Below, in pieces: positions 40,150 through 53,370 of a stretch of DNA of 64,000 nucleotides. The stretch is from an uncultured Chloroflexia bacterium. Its GTDB lineage: Bacteria > Chloroflexota > Anaerolineae > CG2-30-64-16. The notes under the pieces are model-generated. The model was not told where the DNA came from. It searched no databases and worked only from the letters and a program-made list of their open reading frames with translations. The stretch's first letter is position 1. Each line of letters begins with the position of its first letter. The DNA is taken from the NCBI GenBank assembly GCA_963774265.1, contig CAVZDU010000003.1, forward strand, positions 553,561 through 617,560, written 5' to 3'. Position numbers and translations under genes: made by a program.

Positions 40150-40605
40150 CTATTTCTGCTGTCGCGGCAGCGGCGTGACATGACTCCAGATGTTGAACGC
40201 GAGGAGCGCAATGAGCACGAAGTCAAACCCGAGGTTGAACACCACGGGTGTCACCGGCTGAAACATCAGCACGACACCGCCCAAGATAGCCGCGATAATC
40301 GTCAGCGCCCCGACCATAAAGTGCCGCTGTTCGACCCGGCCACTGAGCGTACGCGATGTAAGGGCGATGATGAACCCGAACTCAACGATCGCGCCCAGAA
40401 ATAGCGGAATCGCGACGGCCGCGGAGATTGGCATCTTCAGCGAGTTCACCACCACGACGGCGACGCCGATGGCCACCGCGAGGATGCCTCCTCTCATGGC
40501 AAGCTTGGATGTGCCGGGGTTTGTGCTGCGAGATACGAAAGCGACGACAAACCAGAAGGCCGCGAGCAAGGCCACGATGAGCGGGATAGCAATCTGAGAA
40601 GTCAC
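40150..40605 (-). CDS. Hypothetical membrane protein (about 5 TM)
   Basis: Hydrophobic ORF inside the operon; GTG start after a GAGGAG RBS. Confidence 0.75.
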   Translation of the reverse strand: MTSQIAIPLIVALLAAFWFVVAFVSRSTNPGTSKLAMRGGILAVAIGVAVVVVNSLKMPISAAVAIPLFLGAIVEFGFIIALTSRTLSGRVEQRHFMVGALTIIAAILGGVVLMFQPVTPVVFNLGFDFVLIALLAFNIWSHVTPLPRQQK

Positions 40606-40680
40606 AGTTCTTTGCTCCTCTTTCAACACCGCAGTTCCTTGCCGCGTGTCTGGTGTCTCAGGCACGCGCAAGGCTGGGGG

Positions 40681-41881
<1,201 letters not shown>

Positions 41882-41950
41882 CGATACTCTCCGTTGAAGT
41901 CTGGACAAACCAGGCTCATTGTGGAGCCTGGTTTGAATCGGCAAAAGCGT

Positions 41951-42965
41951 CTACTTCTTTGATGCAAACGCCGCGTCGAACGCGCACGTCGGACGGGGTG
42001 AGGTCCAGCCGGCGGCACATGCGCCAGCGCTTCAGGCGCACCCTGATCGCGGTTCATGCCATTGTCTTCCCACTCGACCGAGAGCGGACCTGCGTAGCCG
42101 ACATCGTTCAGCGCGCGGAAGATACGCTCGAACGGCACGCCGCCGCGGCCCGGCGAGACGAAGTCCCAGCCTCGACGGTGATCGCCAAGAGCAGGTGTGA
42201 CGCCAAGATGCCATTGCGGCCGTTCAGCGTTGCGGACCGACTCTTTGACGTGCATGTGGTAGATCCGATCGGCGTACTCATAGACGAACGCGACCGGGTC
42301 GACCATCTGCCAGTACAAGGTGGCTGGGATCGAAGTTGAAGCCGAAGGCCGGGCGATGCTCGATGGCTTCCAGCACCCTGCCGCGCCGTCCAGAAGTCGT
42401 AGGCGATCTCGGACGGATGCACTTCCAGCGCGAACTTGACCCCGACCTCGTCGAACACGTCGAGGATGGGATTCCAGCGATCGGCGAAGTCCTGGTAGCC
42501 CGTTCTCGATCATCGCGGCGGCACCGGCGGGAACATGGCGACGACCTGTGCCAGATCTTCGAGCCGGTGAAGCCGTTGACGACTTTCACGCCGAACTTGG
42601 CCGCAGCCCGGGCCGTGTTCTTGACCTCTTCGGCGGCGCGCTGGCGGACGCCTTCCGGGTCGCCATCGCCCCAGATGCGTGAGGGCAGGATGCTCTTGTG
42701 GCGCTCGTCGATCGGGTCGTCGCACACGCACTGGCCCGACCAGGTGCGTGCTGATGGCGAAGCACTTCAGGCCGTGCTTGTCCAGGATGTCCCAGCGGCC
42801 GCTGGACATAGCTTATCGCTTTCCAGCGCCTTGTCCACTTCGAAGTGATCGCCCCAGCAGGCGATCTCGACGCCGTCGTAGCCGAAGGCCTTGGCTTTTG
42901 CGCAGACTGTGTCGAACGGTCAGGTCGGCCCACTGGCCGGTGAAGAGGGTGACGGGTCGTGGCAT
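41951..42965 (-). CDS. AP_endonuc_2 sugar isomerase/lyase (IolH-like; frameshifted)
   Basis: [42 protein letters not shown] and LSVEWED. Confidence 0.88.
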
Positions 42966-42979
42966 CAGTTTTCCTCCTT

Positions 42980-44095
42980 TTAGGCTAGAGTGAACGCCGG
43001 AAGACGGACGATCTCGCCGCCCCGCAAGGCTGAATCATGGGCGCAAATGCCCGTACACGTCCAGTTCGCTGCCTCCGCGGCATTCGGGAACGGATCCCGG
43101 TCCTCCACGATGGCTGAGATGAACTCGTGCACCAGGTGGGGATGCGATCCGCCGTGCCCTGCACCCTGGATGAAGGACATGTGCGTCTCACCCTCCAGGT
43201 CATACACGCCTTTGGTCGTGAAGCGTTGGATGGGATCGGGCAACAGATGCGCGTAGTCGGGCACCGGGACGCGTTTGGCCTCTTCGCCGTAGTGAACCAC
43301 CGGCTCTTCAGCCGCGATCTGCTGCCACTCGAAGCTGGCCTTGCTTCCGTACACATCGAAGCTTTCCACGTATTCGCGCGCCGTGTTGTACAGAGAGCGC
43401 GTGATCTCCGCATGGACATCGGAGTCCTTGAGCTTCATGTGGGTGGTTTCGACCGCAAAGGGTGAGCCGTAGTGGCGCGCGTATTTGTCGTCGACGCGGC
43501 CCGAACCCAGGCACGACACCCATTCGGTTCGCTTGCCTGTTAGCCCAAGCACCGGACCAACACAATGGGTCGCGTAGTGCATCGGGGGCATGCCCGGCCA
43601 GTAACTTGGCCAGCTCCCTGCTGCCATTTCCTGGTGATGCGCGGCGCGGACGAACTGGATGCGCCCCAGCTCGCCCTTGCTGACCAGTTCCTTGACAAAG
43701 AGGTACTCGCGCGTGAAGACGGTCGTCTCCATCATGTAGTACTTCTTTCCCGACTGCTGTTGTGCCTCGACCACCAACCGGCATTCCTCGATCGTGCGCG
43801 CCATCGGCACGGTGGACGCAACGTGCTTGCCGGCCTTAAGCGCGTCGATGCTCATCCAGGCATGGTCGTCGATGGGGGAGTTGACGTGGACCGCATCGAT
43901 CTCCGAATCGGCGATCATCTCAGCGAAGTCGGTGTACCGCTTTTGAATCCCGAACTTATCGCCGATCTCGGTGAGCTTCTCTGGATTGCGCTGGCAGATC
44001 GCGTACATGTTGGTGTTCGGATGGCGCTGGTAGATTGGGATGAACTCCGCGCCGAACCCGAGCCCAACGATAGCGACGTTGATCTTGTTGGTCAT
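42980..44095 (-). CDS. Gfo/Idh/MocA oxidoreductase
   Basis: IVGLGFGAEF Rossmann fold, GKHVASTVP, MHYATH and GHGGSHPHL. Confidence 0.92.
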   Translation of the reverse strand: MTNKINVAIVGLGFGAEFIPIYQRHPNTNMYAICQRNPEKLTEIGDKFGIQKRYTDFAEMIADSEIDAVHVNSPIDDHAWMSIDALKAGKHVASTVPMARTIEECRLVVEAQQQSGKKYYMMETTVFTREYLFVKELVSKGELGRIQFVRAAHHQEMAAGSWPSYWPGMPPMHYATHCVGPVLGLTGKRTEWVSCLGSGRVDDKYARHYGSPFAVETTHMKLKDSDVHAEITRSLYNTAREYVESFDVYGSKASFEWQQIAAEEPVVHYGEEAKRVPVPDYAHLLPDPIQRFTTKGVYDLEGETHMSFIQGAGHGGSHPHLVHEFISAIVEDRDPFPNAAEAANWTCTGICAHDSALRGGEIVRLPAFTLA

Positions 44096-44124
44096 TGTGC
44101 ATGCTCCTTTGCTCGAGAGTCAGG

Positions 44125-44442
44125 TCAAGGCTCCCGTAGCGGTACGATCGAGTCGAAGACCCGCGATGCCTTCCAGTTGCCCTCGAACTCGGCAACGAAC
44201 TGGTCGTGCAGTGGATGCTTGTGATAGGTGTCATGGGCCGCCTTGTCCCTGTAGACGACATGCAGCCCAACGTCCCAATCGAGGTCATTGACGGAGCGAA
44301 CGTGATCGGCTGCGCGGTCACCCACCCAGAAATGCAGGATGCCGGGATGGCGGGAGAGATACTTCCAACAGCCGTCCATAAGCGCCTGCCGCGCGGCAGA
44401 TGAGTTGTCGTGAAGAGCCCAGAAGACGTTGTGAATGATCAT
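44125..44442 (-). CDS. Dabb (stress-responsive A/B barrel) protein
   Basis: IHNVFW and Y.KHPLHDQFV..RVFDS. Confidence 0.85.
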   Translation of the reverse strand: MIIHNVFWALHDNSSAARQALMDGCWKYLSRHPGILHFWVGDRAADHVRSVNDLDWDVGLHVVYRDKAAHDTYHKHPLHDQFVAEFEGNWKASRVFDSIVPLREP

Positions 44443-44463
44443 CGTCCGCTCCCGTGCCTCGAA

Positions 44464-45312
44464 TCAAGCCATCAGCTTCTTCAGGAACCCCATGCCGTCG
44501 ACCCCGAGGCTGTCGGCGCTATCGGCCAGCGGGCGCCACACCGCGGCCGCGCGCGCGATTTCCTTCACCTCGGTGGAGAAGGACTCGATGACCAGAGCGC
44601 CGTTGTAGTTGATCTTCTTCAGTGCCGCGGCCACCTCATCCCACGCGACGTGGCCGGTGCCCGGCGTGCCGCGGTCATTTTCGTTGGCATGAATATGCCA
44701 CAGCTTATCGCCGGCCAATTCGATGGCCTTGCCCAGGTGCTTTTCCTCGATGTTGGCGTGGAAGGTGTCCATCATCAGGCCGACGGCAGGGCTGCCGGTC
44801 AGATCGACCAGTTCAAGGGCCTGCTCGGTGAGGTTGATGAAGCTAGTCTCGAAGCGATTCAGTGGCTCGAGGGCGAGCTTGACGCCCTTGCTCTCTGCGT
44901 AGTCGGCGGCAACGCGCAGGTTCTTCGCGGTGCGCGCGAGGTCTTCCCTGCGCATCTGTGGTGTCTGCTGCCATTGGCGACCAACAGCGGAGTAGAGCGG
45001 ACCGGCGACAAGCTTGCTGCCAAACGCGGCCGCGGCGTCGGTAAGGTGTCTCAGATAGTCGATGCCCGCCTGCTGAATCGCCTGGTCCGGATGGGATGGA
45101 TCGCGGCTGGCGCCCATTACTGCGCAGATGCTCGCAGCCAGCCCGGTCCGTTTGTAGGCCTCGGCGGTCTTGTCGAAGTCCACATCGCCGATGCTCTCGA
45201 TCGGGATTTCGAACAGGTCAAAGCCGAGGGCCTTAGCATGGTCCAGGAAGTGTAGATCCTTCGTCTGGAACGGCGACGCCCACACGAAACTATTGATGCC
45301 GTACTGGATCAT
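44464..45312 (-). CDS. Ketose 3-epimerase (D-tagatose/D-psicose 3-epimerase family)
   Basis: LEPLNRFET, DTFHANIEE, HANENDRG.PG.GH and IESF. Confidence 0.9.
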   Translation of the reverse strand: MIQYGINSFVWASPFQTKDLHFLDHAKALGFDLFEIPIESIGDVDFDKTAEAYKRTGLAASICAVMGASRDPSHPDQAIQQAGIDYLRHLTDAAAAFGSKLVAGPLYSAVGRQWQQTPQMRREDLARTAKNLRVAADYAESKGVKLALEPLNRFETSFINLTEQALELVDLTGSPAVGLMMDTFHANIEEKHLGKAIELAGDKLWHIHANENDRGTPGTGHVAWDEVAAALKKINYNGALVIESFSTEVKEIARAAAVWRPLADSADSLGVDGMGFLKKLMA

Positions 45313-45340
45313 TCGTTGATCTCCTTATCGGACGCCTGTC

Positions 45341-45381
45341 CGGGGCGACCTTCATAGGGCGACCACAAGGGTCGCCCGTAC
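45341..45381. repeat. GTAG-type REP-like palindrome
   Basis: GGGGCGACC..AGGGCGACCACAAGGGTCGCCCGTAC resembles GTAGGGGCG..CGCCCCTAC REPs. Only one copy in the window. Confidence 0.55.
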
Positions 45382-45402
45382 GCGATCGTCCGGGCACGCG
45401 CG

Positions 45403-46467
45403 TCACGGTGTGATTTGCACCTTGATCGGGTCGCCCTTGCGCGCGCGTAGATCGATGATGGCCTGCGCAGCCTCGCTGAGCGGCCTGGTGTGCGACACCA
45501 GCGGCTCCAGGTTCAGCAGCCCTTCTGAGATCATCCGGATGGTCTGCGGCCAGACTCCCGGCGCCAGCCATGAGGCGCGGATCTGCTTGTCGGCTTTGTG
45601 GAAGGCATCGGCCGGGATATGGATGACATCGTCCTCATTGGGCAGGCCAAAGTGAACGATGATTGCCGCGCCGCCGGTGACGTCGATGGACTGCTCGAAG
45701 GCTGAATTGTCACCAGTTGGATTGATCGCGCGGTCGGCCAGCTTGCCATCCGTCGCATCCGCGATGGCCGCCTTGAGGTCGCTGGCGTAGTACGGCGACT
45801 TTGCATCCTTGACGTTGAAGATGTGGCTAGCGCCCCACTTGCGGGCCTCTTCGAGCCGGTAGTCGCGGGTGCCGACCATGATCACCTTGCCGGCTCCGGT
45901 CTTCTTCGCGATTTGCACCATCATGATGCCGATCGGCCCAGGGCCGAAGATGGCGACAGAATTCCCCGGTACGATTTCAAGCTTGTTCATCGCGTAGACC
46001 GCGCACGCCAGGGGCTCGATGAACGCGCCCGCCGCATAGCTGACGTTGTCGTCGAGCTTGAAGAGGCCCGTGTAGCGCGAGACCGTATACTCGGCGAATG
46101 CGCCGTCGGCGTTAACTCCCGGCACGTTCACGTTCTCGCAGAGGTTCGTGTGGCCTGATGCGCAAGCGTAGCAGGCGTTGCAGTGCTGCACCGGGTTGAC
46201 GACGACCCGGTCGCCGGGCTTGAACAGGCCCATGCCCTTCGCGATCGCTCCCACCTCGACGACTTCGCCGGTGAATTCGTGGCCCAGGATAATCGGCATC
46301 TTGCCGGTCGGGCTGAGGCCGTAGAAGTAGGAGATGTCCGAGCCGCAGATGCCGCAGTTCTTGACCCGCACGAGCACGTCTGCTTCGCCGACCCGGGGGA
46401 TTGGGACTTCAGCCATTTCAATCGTTTCGGTCTTGGTGAAGATGGCCGCCTTCATCAGTTGTGCCAT
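45403..46467 (-). CDS. Zinc-dependent polyol/alcohol dehydrogenase (MDR family)
   Basis: CGICGSD, LGHEF, CNACYAC..C and FGPGPIG. Confidence 0.93.
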   Translation of the reverse strand: MAQLMKAAIFTKTETIEMAEVPIPRVGEADVLVRVKNCGICGSDISYFYGLSPTGKMPIILGHEFTGEVVEVGAIAKGMGLFKPGDRVVVNPVQHCNACYACASGHTNLCENVNVPGVNADGAFAEYTVSRYTGLFKLDDNVSYAAGAFIEPLACAVYAMNKLEIVPGNSVAIFGPGPIGIMMVQIAKKTGAGKVIMVGTRDYRLEEARKWGASHIFNVKDAKSPYYASDLKAAIADATDGKLADRAINPTGDNSAFEQSIDVTGGAAIIVHFGLPNEDDVIHIPADAFHKADKQIRASWLAPGVWPQTIRMISEGLLNLEPLVSHTRPLSEAAQAIIDLRARKGDPIKVQITP

Positions 46468-46496
46468 GGTAAAGTCTCCTTGGATGGGCAGTTGGC

Positions 46497-47393
46497 TCAG
46501 CCGTGTGCGGCCGATAGCTCGTCCATGAATTTCTTCGCCGGCCCCGTGGCTTCGAGCGCGCCAGGCCAGTAGCACAAGTCCATCGGCCACCACTCATCCT
46601 TGTACCCGGCATCGTCGAGTGCCCGGATGATCGACGGAAAGTCGAGGACGCCCTGACCGAATGGTGCGTGGGTCGAAGTTCGGTCATCATGCAGCGTCTG
46701 ATCGCTGTCGATGAAGTGCACGTGCTTGATCCAACCTGTCAGCATGTGCGCGAACTGGACCACGCCGCCGGGGAGCGTTTCCTTCTCGCCCTTCTGCCGC
46801 GCGCCGACTACGCCCACCATGTGCGCATGGCAGGAGTCGAAGAGCACGCCGAAGTTCGGATGGCCCACCGCGTTGCACATGCGCACGATCTCGCTGGGCT
46901 TGTTGACGAAGAACTCCGGCTCAAATTCCCAGATGAACTTGACGCCGTGCTTGCCTGCTACGTCCGAGGCGATGCGGAACAGGTGCGCACTGCGCCAGAA
47001 AGCCGTTTCGTATTCCTGGACTGGCATTTTGTCGACGTCGATGATTAAATCGGTGCGGATCTTGTTCGTGCCAAGGAGCTGGCAGATTTCCACGTGCCTC
47101 AGGACAATGTCGATGTAGTCCGGCAAGCTTGCATAGGGCGGCGGCACCGCGCCGAAATCTGCGGCGATGGCCGAGACGCCTAGCCCGTGGTCGTCCAGGA
47201 GCTTCTTCACCTCGCGGACCTTGTTGGGGTTCCTGGCATCATCGAGTGAGAGATGCGGCCCAAAGATGCCCAGCTCGACGCCGTCGAACTTGTATTCCTG
47301 CAGCTTCTTGGCTACGACTGGCAAGTCGATCGGCTTGTCCGCATAACCGCCCCAGATATACGCCCAGGTACCCACAGAAATCTTCTTAGCCAT
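46497..47393 (-). CDS. AP_endonuc_2 sugar isomerase/epimerase
   Basis: FDGVEL, WEFEP, LFDSCHA, HVHFIDSD and HAPFGQGVLDF. Confidence 0.88.
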   Translation of the reverse strand: MAKKISVGTWAYIWGGYADKPIDLPVVAKKLQEYKFDGVELGIFGPHLSLDDARNPNKVREVKKLLDDHGLGVSAIAADFGAVPPPYASLPDYIDIVLRHVEICQLLGTNKIRTDLIIDVDKMPVQEYETAFWRSAHLFRIASDVAGKHGVKFIWEFEPEFFVNKPSEIVRMCNAVGHPNFGVLFDSCHAHMVGVVGARQKGEKETLPGGVVQFAHMLTGWIKHVHFIDSDQTLHDDRTSTHAPFGQGVLDFPSIIRALDDAGYKDEWWPMDLCYWPGALEATGPAKKFMDELSAAHG

Positions 47394-47419
47394 GAAAACC
47401 TCCTCGTTCGGATGGTGTA

Positions 47420-48619
47420 TTACCCGTGATAGGGCTGGATATAGGGTATGTCCAGATTGATGTCCGGGCCGAAGAACTTGAAGATGATCAGGTCCTCTGA
47501 GCCGGTGTTCTCAACCGTGATCGACTTGAGCGCTGCGTCATGGCTGATGAGCAATTCATCGTGGCCGAAGTTCAGCCCTTCGACGTCATGGCCGGCGTAG
47601 CGCCCCTTGCCGCGCCACACCAGGACATTGTACACGCCCTTGTCGACACCCCTGAAGGTCTGGCCCGGCCGCACCACGAGACGCTTACCGCTGAACTTCG
47701 TGGTGTTGTAGTAGATCCACGTCTCCTGGCCCCCCGCCTGTTGCGTCTCTTCGACTGGCACGGGGGGCGTATGGCGATTCTCATAAAAGAACGGATCGCC
47801 GCTGATCTCCCAGTCGACCTGTTCCAGGATGGCCGACTCGCCCTTGGTCGCCCGATCCTCTGCGGTTACATCCTTGAAGAGCAGGTCCTTAGAGATGATC
47901 TTGCCCGCATTGAGAGCTTGCAGCATGGCAAAGACGTCGGAGTCTTCTTGCAGCTCGATCGTGAGCGCGGTGCCCGGCGCATGGGGGACACCTGAAGGCA
48001 AATGGAACCCCTCGCCGCGCACATTGAGGTACGCGCGCGAGTGCTGCAGGATCAGGTCATCCTTCCAGTCTCGGAGGTATTGCAGCAGGATTTCCTGCTT
48101 GCCCTCCCGCACGATGTACGGATGCACCCCAAAGAACGTCTCAGGGTGAGGTCCCAGGTCAACGTCTTCCGGGAAGTAGTACGCTTCCTCTTTGGGATTA
48201 CGGCCTAGTTTGGCCGCATCCTTCTTCATCTGGTGGATGTGGAAGGGGATGCGCGCGCCGAAGTCGTAAATCTTGGCCAGCCGGCCCAGCCCCTTGTGCG
48301 TCTTCGCGTACTCGGCGCCCATAATCAGATCGCCCGCGGCTTCGACCGCGTCTGCCAACGTGAGATCGTGTCCGTCGATCACCAGATGACTCAAGCCTTC
48401 GTCGGGCGGACCGACGCGATTGTCCGCCTTGGTGGTCGATCCGATCCAGCGCTCGCTGATCCAACCGCGTTCGCCGACCTCATACTCCTCATCCTTCAGG
48501 CCAAGACGCTTGCCCGGCGGCAGAAAGTCCCGCGCCACCCACGCCGGCGTCATTCGCAAGATGCCACCGCCCTTTTCCAGGGCTTCCTTCACAATTGCAC
48601 GCTTGTTGGTTTCAGTCAT
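47420..48619 (-). CDS. Conserved hypothetical cupin (PMI type I-like metal motif)
   Basis: IPFHIH, KEEAYYF, GVPHAPG and ELQEDSD parallel the PMI QVH/E/H/EIQQ.SD motifs. Confidence 0.75.
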   Translation of the reverse strand: MTETNKRAIVKEALEKGGGILRMTPAWVARDFLPPGKRLGLKDEEYEVGERGWISERWIGSTTKADNRVGPPDEGLSHLVIDGHDLTLADAVEAAGDLIMGAEYAKTHKGLGRLAKIYDFGARIPFHIHQMKKDAAKLGRNPKEEAYYFPEDVDLGPHPETFFGVHPYIVREGKQEILLQYLRDWKDDLILQHSRAYLNVRGEGFHLPSGVPHAPGTALTIELQEDSDVFAMLQALNAGKIISKDLLFKDVTAEDRATKGESAILEQVDWEISGDPFFYENRHTPPVPVEETQQAGGQETWIYYNTTKFSGKRLVVRPGQTFRGVDKGVYNVLVWRGKGRYAGHDVEGLNFGHDELLISHDAALKSITVENTGSEDLIIFKFFGPDINLDIPYIQPYHG

Positions 48620-48642
48620 ACCTCTTGTCCTTTGTGATGAGT

Positions 48643-50055
48643 TTATCGTGCAAGCTCTCCGAACCGAGCCGCGATCGCCAACGCCGGGTCTACTGGCACG
48701 TTGGCATGTGCGGTGCCCTTGGGCGTGCTGATGGTCGGTGTGGACCGCGGCTTCTTGCCCGCGAACTGCGGCAGCCATTCGGCCTCGGCCTCGAGCATCT
48801 CCGTCGCCATCTCACGCGTTTCTTTCAGGGTCAGCGTCGCGCTCGTCAGCGGATCCATCGCACAGGCCAACACGGCTTTCTCGGGGTCGCCGGTGATGCC
48901 TGCTTCCACGGCCAGCCGCTGCACGTTGATGTTGGTCATGTTGAGCGCGGCGCACTGCGTGGGCAGGTCGCCGACGATGGTCTGGTGGATGCCCGTGCGA
49001 TCCACGTACAGCGGCCCTTCGGCGCAGCAGTCCGCCGGCAGGTTGGTGATCATGCCGCGATTGATCACGTTACCGTTCAGCTTGAAAGTCTTGCCGGTTT
49101 CCAGCGCCTCGATAATGTACGAGCCGTATTCGACGCTGCGCCGGGGCAGCTGAGTGGACTGCCCGGCAAGGATGTCCTGCCCTTCATACTTGGCGGCCAC
49201 GTACTTGCACCAGTTGTAGTATGCGCCCGTCTCGCCGCCGAATCCCGGTTCGTCGCAATAGAGGTCGAGGGCCTTCCGGTTCTTTCGGAACCAGGGTACG
49301 TACTCCGACAGATGGCCGGTCGATTCCGTCATGAAATAGCCAAAGTGGCGGAAGACTTCACCACGGACCTTCTCGTTGATGTAGTACTCCGGCTCTTCGA
49401 AGCGCTCGCGCAGCCTGGGATACAGGTCGACGCCCTTGTGCGACAGTTTGAGGAACCACCCCATGTGATTGAGGCCCGCGCACAGGAAATCGATCTCTTC
49501 CTTGGGTGCGTCGACGTAGCCGGAGATCAGGTCCAGCGTGGTTTGGACGCCGTGGCAGAGGCCGACGAACTTCACGCCCGTCGTCCCCAGGGTCCAGCAG
49601 ATCGTGGCCATCGGGTTGACATAGTTGAGCACGTACGCGTCCGGCGCCACCTCCTTGATGTCCTGCGCCATGCCGAGGACGGTCGGGATACTGCGCAGCG
49701 TACGGAAGATGCCGCCCGGACCCAGCGTATCGCCGATGCACTGATCGACCCCGTACTTGAAGGGGATCTTGTAGTCGTACTCGAAGCCCTGCATCCCGCC
49801 GACCTGGAAGGTGGCGATCACGTAGTCCGCGCCATCCAGCGCGGCACGCCGGTCCGTGGTCTTCCAGACCTTGGCGGGCAGCTTGTTGTCCGCGATCACA
49901 CGCTGCGCGAACGCCTCAACCTGCGACGTGCGGTTGGTCGAGGGCGCCATGAGCGCGAACTCCGTTCCGTCGACGCCCGGCGTACCCAGGATGTCCAGGA
50001 TCAGCGTCTGGCAGAATACGATGCTCCCGGCGCCGATGATTGCGACCTTTGCCAT
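48643..50055 (-). CDS. melA: GH4 NAD+-dependent alpha-galactosidase/alpha-glucosidase
   Basis: IIGAGSIVF, GDTLGPGG, LNYVNPM, GLCHGVQ, AGLNHM and TESTGHLSEYVPW. Confidence 0.88.
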   Translation of the reverse strand: MAKVAIIGAGSIVFCQTLILDILGTPGVDGTEFALMAPSTNRTSQVEAFAQRVIADNKLPAKVWKTTDRRAALDGADYVIATFQVGGMQGFEYDYKIPFKYGVDQCIGDTLGPGGIFRTLRSIPTVLGMAQDIKEVAPDAYVLNYVNPMATICWTLGTTGVKFVGLCHGVQTTLDLISGYVDAPKEEIDFLCAGLNHMGWFLKLSHKGVDLYPRLRERFEEPEYYINEKVRGEVFRHFGYFMTESTGHLSEYVPWFRKNRKALDLYCDEPGFGGETGAYYNWCKYVAAKYEGQDILAGQSTQLPRRSVEYGSYIIEALETGKTFKLNGNVINRGMITNLPADCCAEGPLYVDRTGIHQTIVGDLPTQCAALNMTNINVQRLAVEAGITGDPEKAVLACAMDPLTSATLTLKETREMATEMLEAEAEWLPQFAGKKPRSTPTISTPKGTAHANVPVDPALAIAARFGELAR

Positions 50056-50128
50056 ATGTGCCTCCGCTTGAAAGTATCGCTCGAAGGGCTCCAAGGCTGT
50101 CAAACGCCCTTAGGGTCCTCATCCTGAC

Positions 50129-51209
50129 TCATGCGTTGAACCGCTCCCCAGAGACACGATTGAAGAAGTGTAGCCGCTCGCGCACGATGCCGAACTCCAC
50201 CGTGTCTCCGCGTCGCCAGCGCCGAGATGCCCGGCACGGTGCTGACCATCGTCTGCTCGCCGATTTTGATGTGCAACAACGTCTCCACGCCCAGCGGCTC
50301 GGTCAGGACGATCTCGCCCGCGAATAAGCCCTCTGGGTCCGGACGCACATCCTCGGGCCGGATGCCCAGGATGAACTCGTTCCGGCAGGTTCTTCGGATC
50401 GTTGCAGACCTCGCAGGACGGGCAGGTGGACGTCGCTGCCCTGAAGGTTCATCGTGCCGTTCTCTGTGGCCGCGTTGAGAAGGTTGATCTTCGGCGAGCC
50501 GACGAGCTGGGCGACGAAGGTGGTCGCAGGGCGATCGTAGATGTCTTCCGGGGTGCCCACCTGAACGAGGCTGCCGTGGTTGAGCACACCGATGCGGTCC
50601 GCCATGGTCAGCGCCTCGATCTGGTCGTGGGTGACGAACAGGGTGGTGCTGCCCTGGGTGCGCTGCAGGTGCGATAGCTCGACACGCAGCGCCTCGCGCA
50701 GCTTGGCGTCCAGGTTCGACAGCGGCTCGTCCATCAGATAGGCCCGCGGCTGGCGAACGATGGCACGGCCGATCGAGACGCGCTGCATCTCGCCGCCGGA
50801 GAGCTTCGCCGTCTTGCGCTGCAGCAGATGGCCGATCCGCAGCACCTCGGCGGTCTCCGTCACTCGAGCTTCTTGATCTCGGGCTCCCGTAACTTGCGGA
50901 GGGGCGAGCGCAGCGGAAAGGCCAGGTTGTCATAAACGGTCATTGTCGGGATACAGCGAGTACTGCTGGAACACAAACGCAACGTCCCGGTCGGCCGGCG
51001 GCAGCGAATCGATGGGTTGCCCGTCGAAACGTCACGTTCCCGATGTCCTGCTTTGTCAGGCCGGCGATCACGCGCAGCGTGGTGGTCTTGCCCTGCCCCG
51101 GTGGGGCCGAGCAGCACAAAGAACTCCGCGTCCCTGACCTCGAAGGAAACGTCGTTGAGGGCGGTGATAGCCCCGAAGCGCTTGGTGATGTTCTGCAGCG
51201 TGATCTGGC

Positions 51210-51213
<4 letters not shown>
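50129..51213 (-). CDS. CUT1 sugar ABC ATPase, second subunit (frameshifted)
   Basis: LLGPTGAGKTT (across a shift), LSGGEMQR, DEPLSNLDAKLR and VTHDQIEA. Confidence 0.9.
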
Positions 51214-52335
<1,122 letters not shown>

Positions 52336-52345
52336 ATCGATCCCC

Positions 52346-53368
52346 CTACCCGCGAATCGCGCCGAAGGTGACGCCGCGCAGGAGGTACTTGCGCAGCGCA
52401 AACGTGACGATGACGACCGGGATCAGGAAGAGCAGCGAGCCGGCGGCGATCGCGCCCCACTCGACGCCCCCAACGCCCTGGATGGTCGCGATGCCGGGCG
52501 GCGCGGTGCGGGCCCTGGAACTGGTGAGCATGAGCGAGAACGCGTACTCGTTCCAGGCGAAGATCAGGCAGAAGACGGCCGTCGCCGCGATGCCGGTCAC
52601 ACACTGGGGCAGCACGATCTTGCGGAACGCCTGCAGGCGGCTGTAGCCGTCCACCAGCGCTGCCTCCTCGTACTCGATCGGGATCTCGTCGATGAACCCC
52701 TTGAGCAGCCAGACCGAGAAGGAGAGGTTGAAGGCGGTATAGAGTAGGATCATGCCGATGTGGGTGTCGTACAATCCCAGGGCGCGGTACATCAGGAAAA
52801 TGGGGATGGTGACCACGACGGCCGGCAGCATGCGCGTGCTCAGGATGAAGAAGAGCCAGTCTCCCTTGCCTGGTATGTCGTAGCGGCTGAAGGCGTAGGC
52901 GGAGAGCAGGCCCAGCGCGACTGCCAGGAACGTCGACGCCAGCGAGATGATCAAGGAGTTCTGGAGTCTGCCCCACGAACTTGCTCGGCCCCAGGATCTT
53001 CATGCCGCGAAGCAGCGCCTGCTTCTCCCAAAAGCTCAGGTCGGTCCGCTTCTGTTGCGTCGCCAGGGCGCCCGGCTGGATCAACTGCGTGCGATTCGTG
53101 AAGAGGCCGATGAATCCATCCCACGACGGCTTGAAAAAGACCTTCGGCGGCACCGCCGTCGCGTCGGGGCGCGACTTGATGGCTGTCATGCCCATCCAGA
53201 ACACGGGAATCAGCATGATGAAGGCGACCAGGATAGCCAGGATCAGCCGCACGGTGATTCCAGCCCTGGCCGCGGGCGTGACCTGGTCCACGCGAATGGA
53301 TTCGACAACCGGTGAGCCGGGCCCGGTTTCGGCGAAGGTGCGCCTTGGCACTCGCATTGCTGCGTCAT
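52346..53368 (-). CDS. Carbohydrate ABC permease (MalG type; frameshifted)
   Basis: [19 protein letters not shown] motif and FAWNEY. Start approximate. Confidence 0.9.
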
Positions 53369-53370
53369 GG

